DNA of 64,000 nt, from assembly GCA_012965045.1 (NCBI GenBank), contig DTSZ01000001.1, positions 503,763 through 567,762 of the forward strand, given 5' to 3'. Position numbers and translations under genes: made by a program. The notes below the pieces were generated by a model. It did not search any database. It had not been told where the DNA came from and saw only the letters and a list, made by a program, of their open reading frames with translations. Shown here in pieces: positions 63,468 to 64,000 of this stretch; the stretch's first letter is position 1; each line of letters opens with the position of its first letter. The stretch is from Candidatus Saccharimonadota bacterium. Its GTDB lineage: Bacteria > Patescibacteriota > Saccharimonadia > Saccharimonadales > DTSZ01.

Positions 63468-64000
63468 CTACAAGCTAAAACGCTCTGAATGTATTCGTGA
63501 GTCTGGAATTCCTGCCTGTCGCAATCCGTTTTCGACTGTATTCATCATCACTGGTGGCCCGCAAATAAAATATTGAGCTTTTTTAAAAGTTTTACCGGTT
63601 TGCTTTTTTATGAGCTCTGTCTTTATGTAGCCCTGCTCGTAGTTGGTGCTTTCTTCGTCGCTCAACACATGAGTAAGATTTGCTATATTTTTTTCGAGCA
63701 CATCCTTAAATGCAATGTCGTTTAGTGTTCTGTTGCCATAGAATAAATAGTCGATTTTACCCTGTTTTGCCCACCGTAAAAACGGCGTAATACCTATACC
63801 ACCAGCCACTACCACAACCGGCCTGCGAGTGTTGGCTATTTCGGTAGTAAAAACTCCGTACGGACCATCAATAAACACCTTATCACCTACTGCAAGCTCG
63901 CTATGCAACTGCCGGGTCCAATCACCCGAGGCTTTTATTGAAAAACTTAACTGTTTGGTTTGTTTGTTAACATGCGACACAGTAAATGGATGCGCTTGAC
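63468..64000 (-). CDS. FNR-like FAD/NAD(P)-binding oxidoreductase, C-terminal part (5' end probably beyond right edge)
   Basis: VVVAGGIGITPFLRWAKQ, YFICGPPVMM, SERF C-terminus. The frame is still open at 64000. Paralog of 52696..53346. Confidence 0.7.
   Translation of the reverse strand, partial: QAHPFTVSHVNKQTKQLSFSIKASGDWTRQLHSELAVGDKVFIDGPYGVFTTEIANTRRPVVVVAGGIGITPFLRWAKQGKIDYLFYGNRTLNDIAFKDVLEKNIANLTHVLSDEESTNYEQGYIKTELIKKQTGKTFKKAQYFICGPPVMMNTVENGLRQAGIPDSRIHSERFSL

Overview
The window is gene-dense, and hand-counted samples give about 40-45% G+C. The gene content suggests a small-genome monoderm bacterium, probably Patescibacteria/CPR and Saccharibacteria-like. That lineage call is inference only, since no database search was possible. 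Most genes lie on the minus strand.

Recognisable housekeeping genes:
- F-type ATPase operon atpF-H-A-G-D-C
- cysteine desulfurase, TatD, metG, rsmA, pcrA
- glycolytic block pyk / pgk / tpiA
- ddl-murF and folD
- a Y-family DNA polymerase
- a histidine kinase and an orphan receiver protein
- tRNA-Glu(UUC) and tRNA-Arg(UCG)

Most interesting content:
1. A surface-protein locus spans about 1-13.8 kb. It contains a giant beta-helix protein gene that the ORF track misses because it runs off the left edge. It also holds a PKD protein, a DUF916/DUF3324-like anchor protein and four paralogous secreted proteins that end in an aromatic residue. Two of these paralogs form a tandem pair with 1283 bp of perfect identity. 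Their last 21 codons differ at almost every third position.
2. A PaaK-like ligase, a ThiF/E1-like protein and a nitroreductase form a triad at 48.2-51.8 kb.
3. Two structured non-coding regions sit next to tRNA genes and share a hairpin motif. One lies inside a split, 5'-truncated copy of tRNA-Arg. A 21-nt repeat of the tRNA 3' end brackets a 3.4-kb lipid-gene segment.
4. A gene-sized block of about 60% G+C at 62.09-62.74 kb encodes a secreted Cys-rich protein and is a horizontal-transfer candidate.
5. A 55-aa AbrB-like ORF falls below the track cutoff, and folD homology extends 37 codons upstream of any canonical start codon.

I found no rRNA genes, CRISPR arrays, transposases or integrases.
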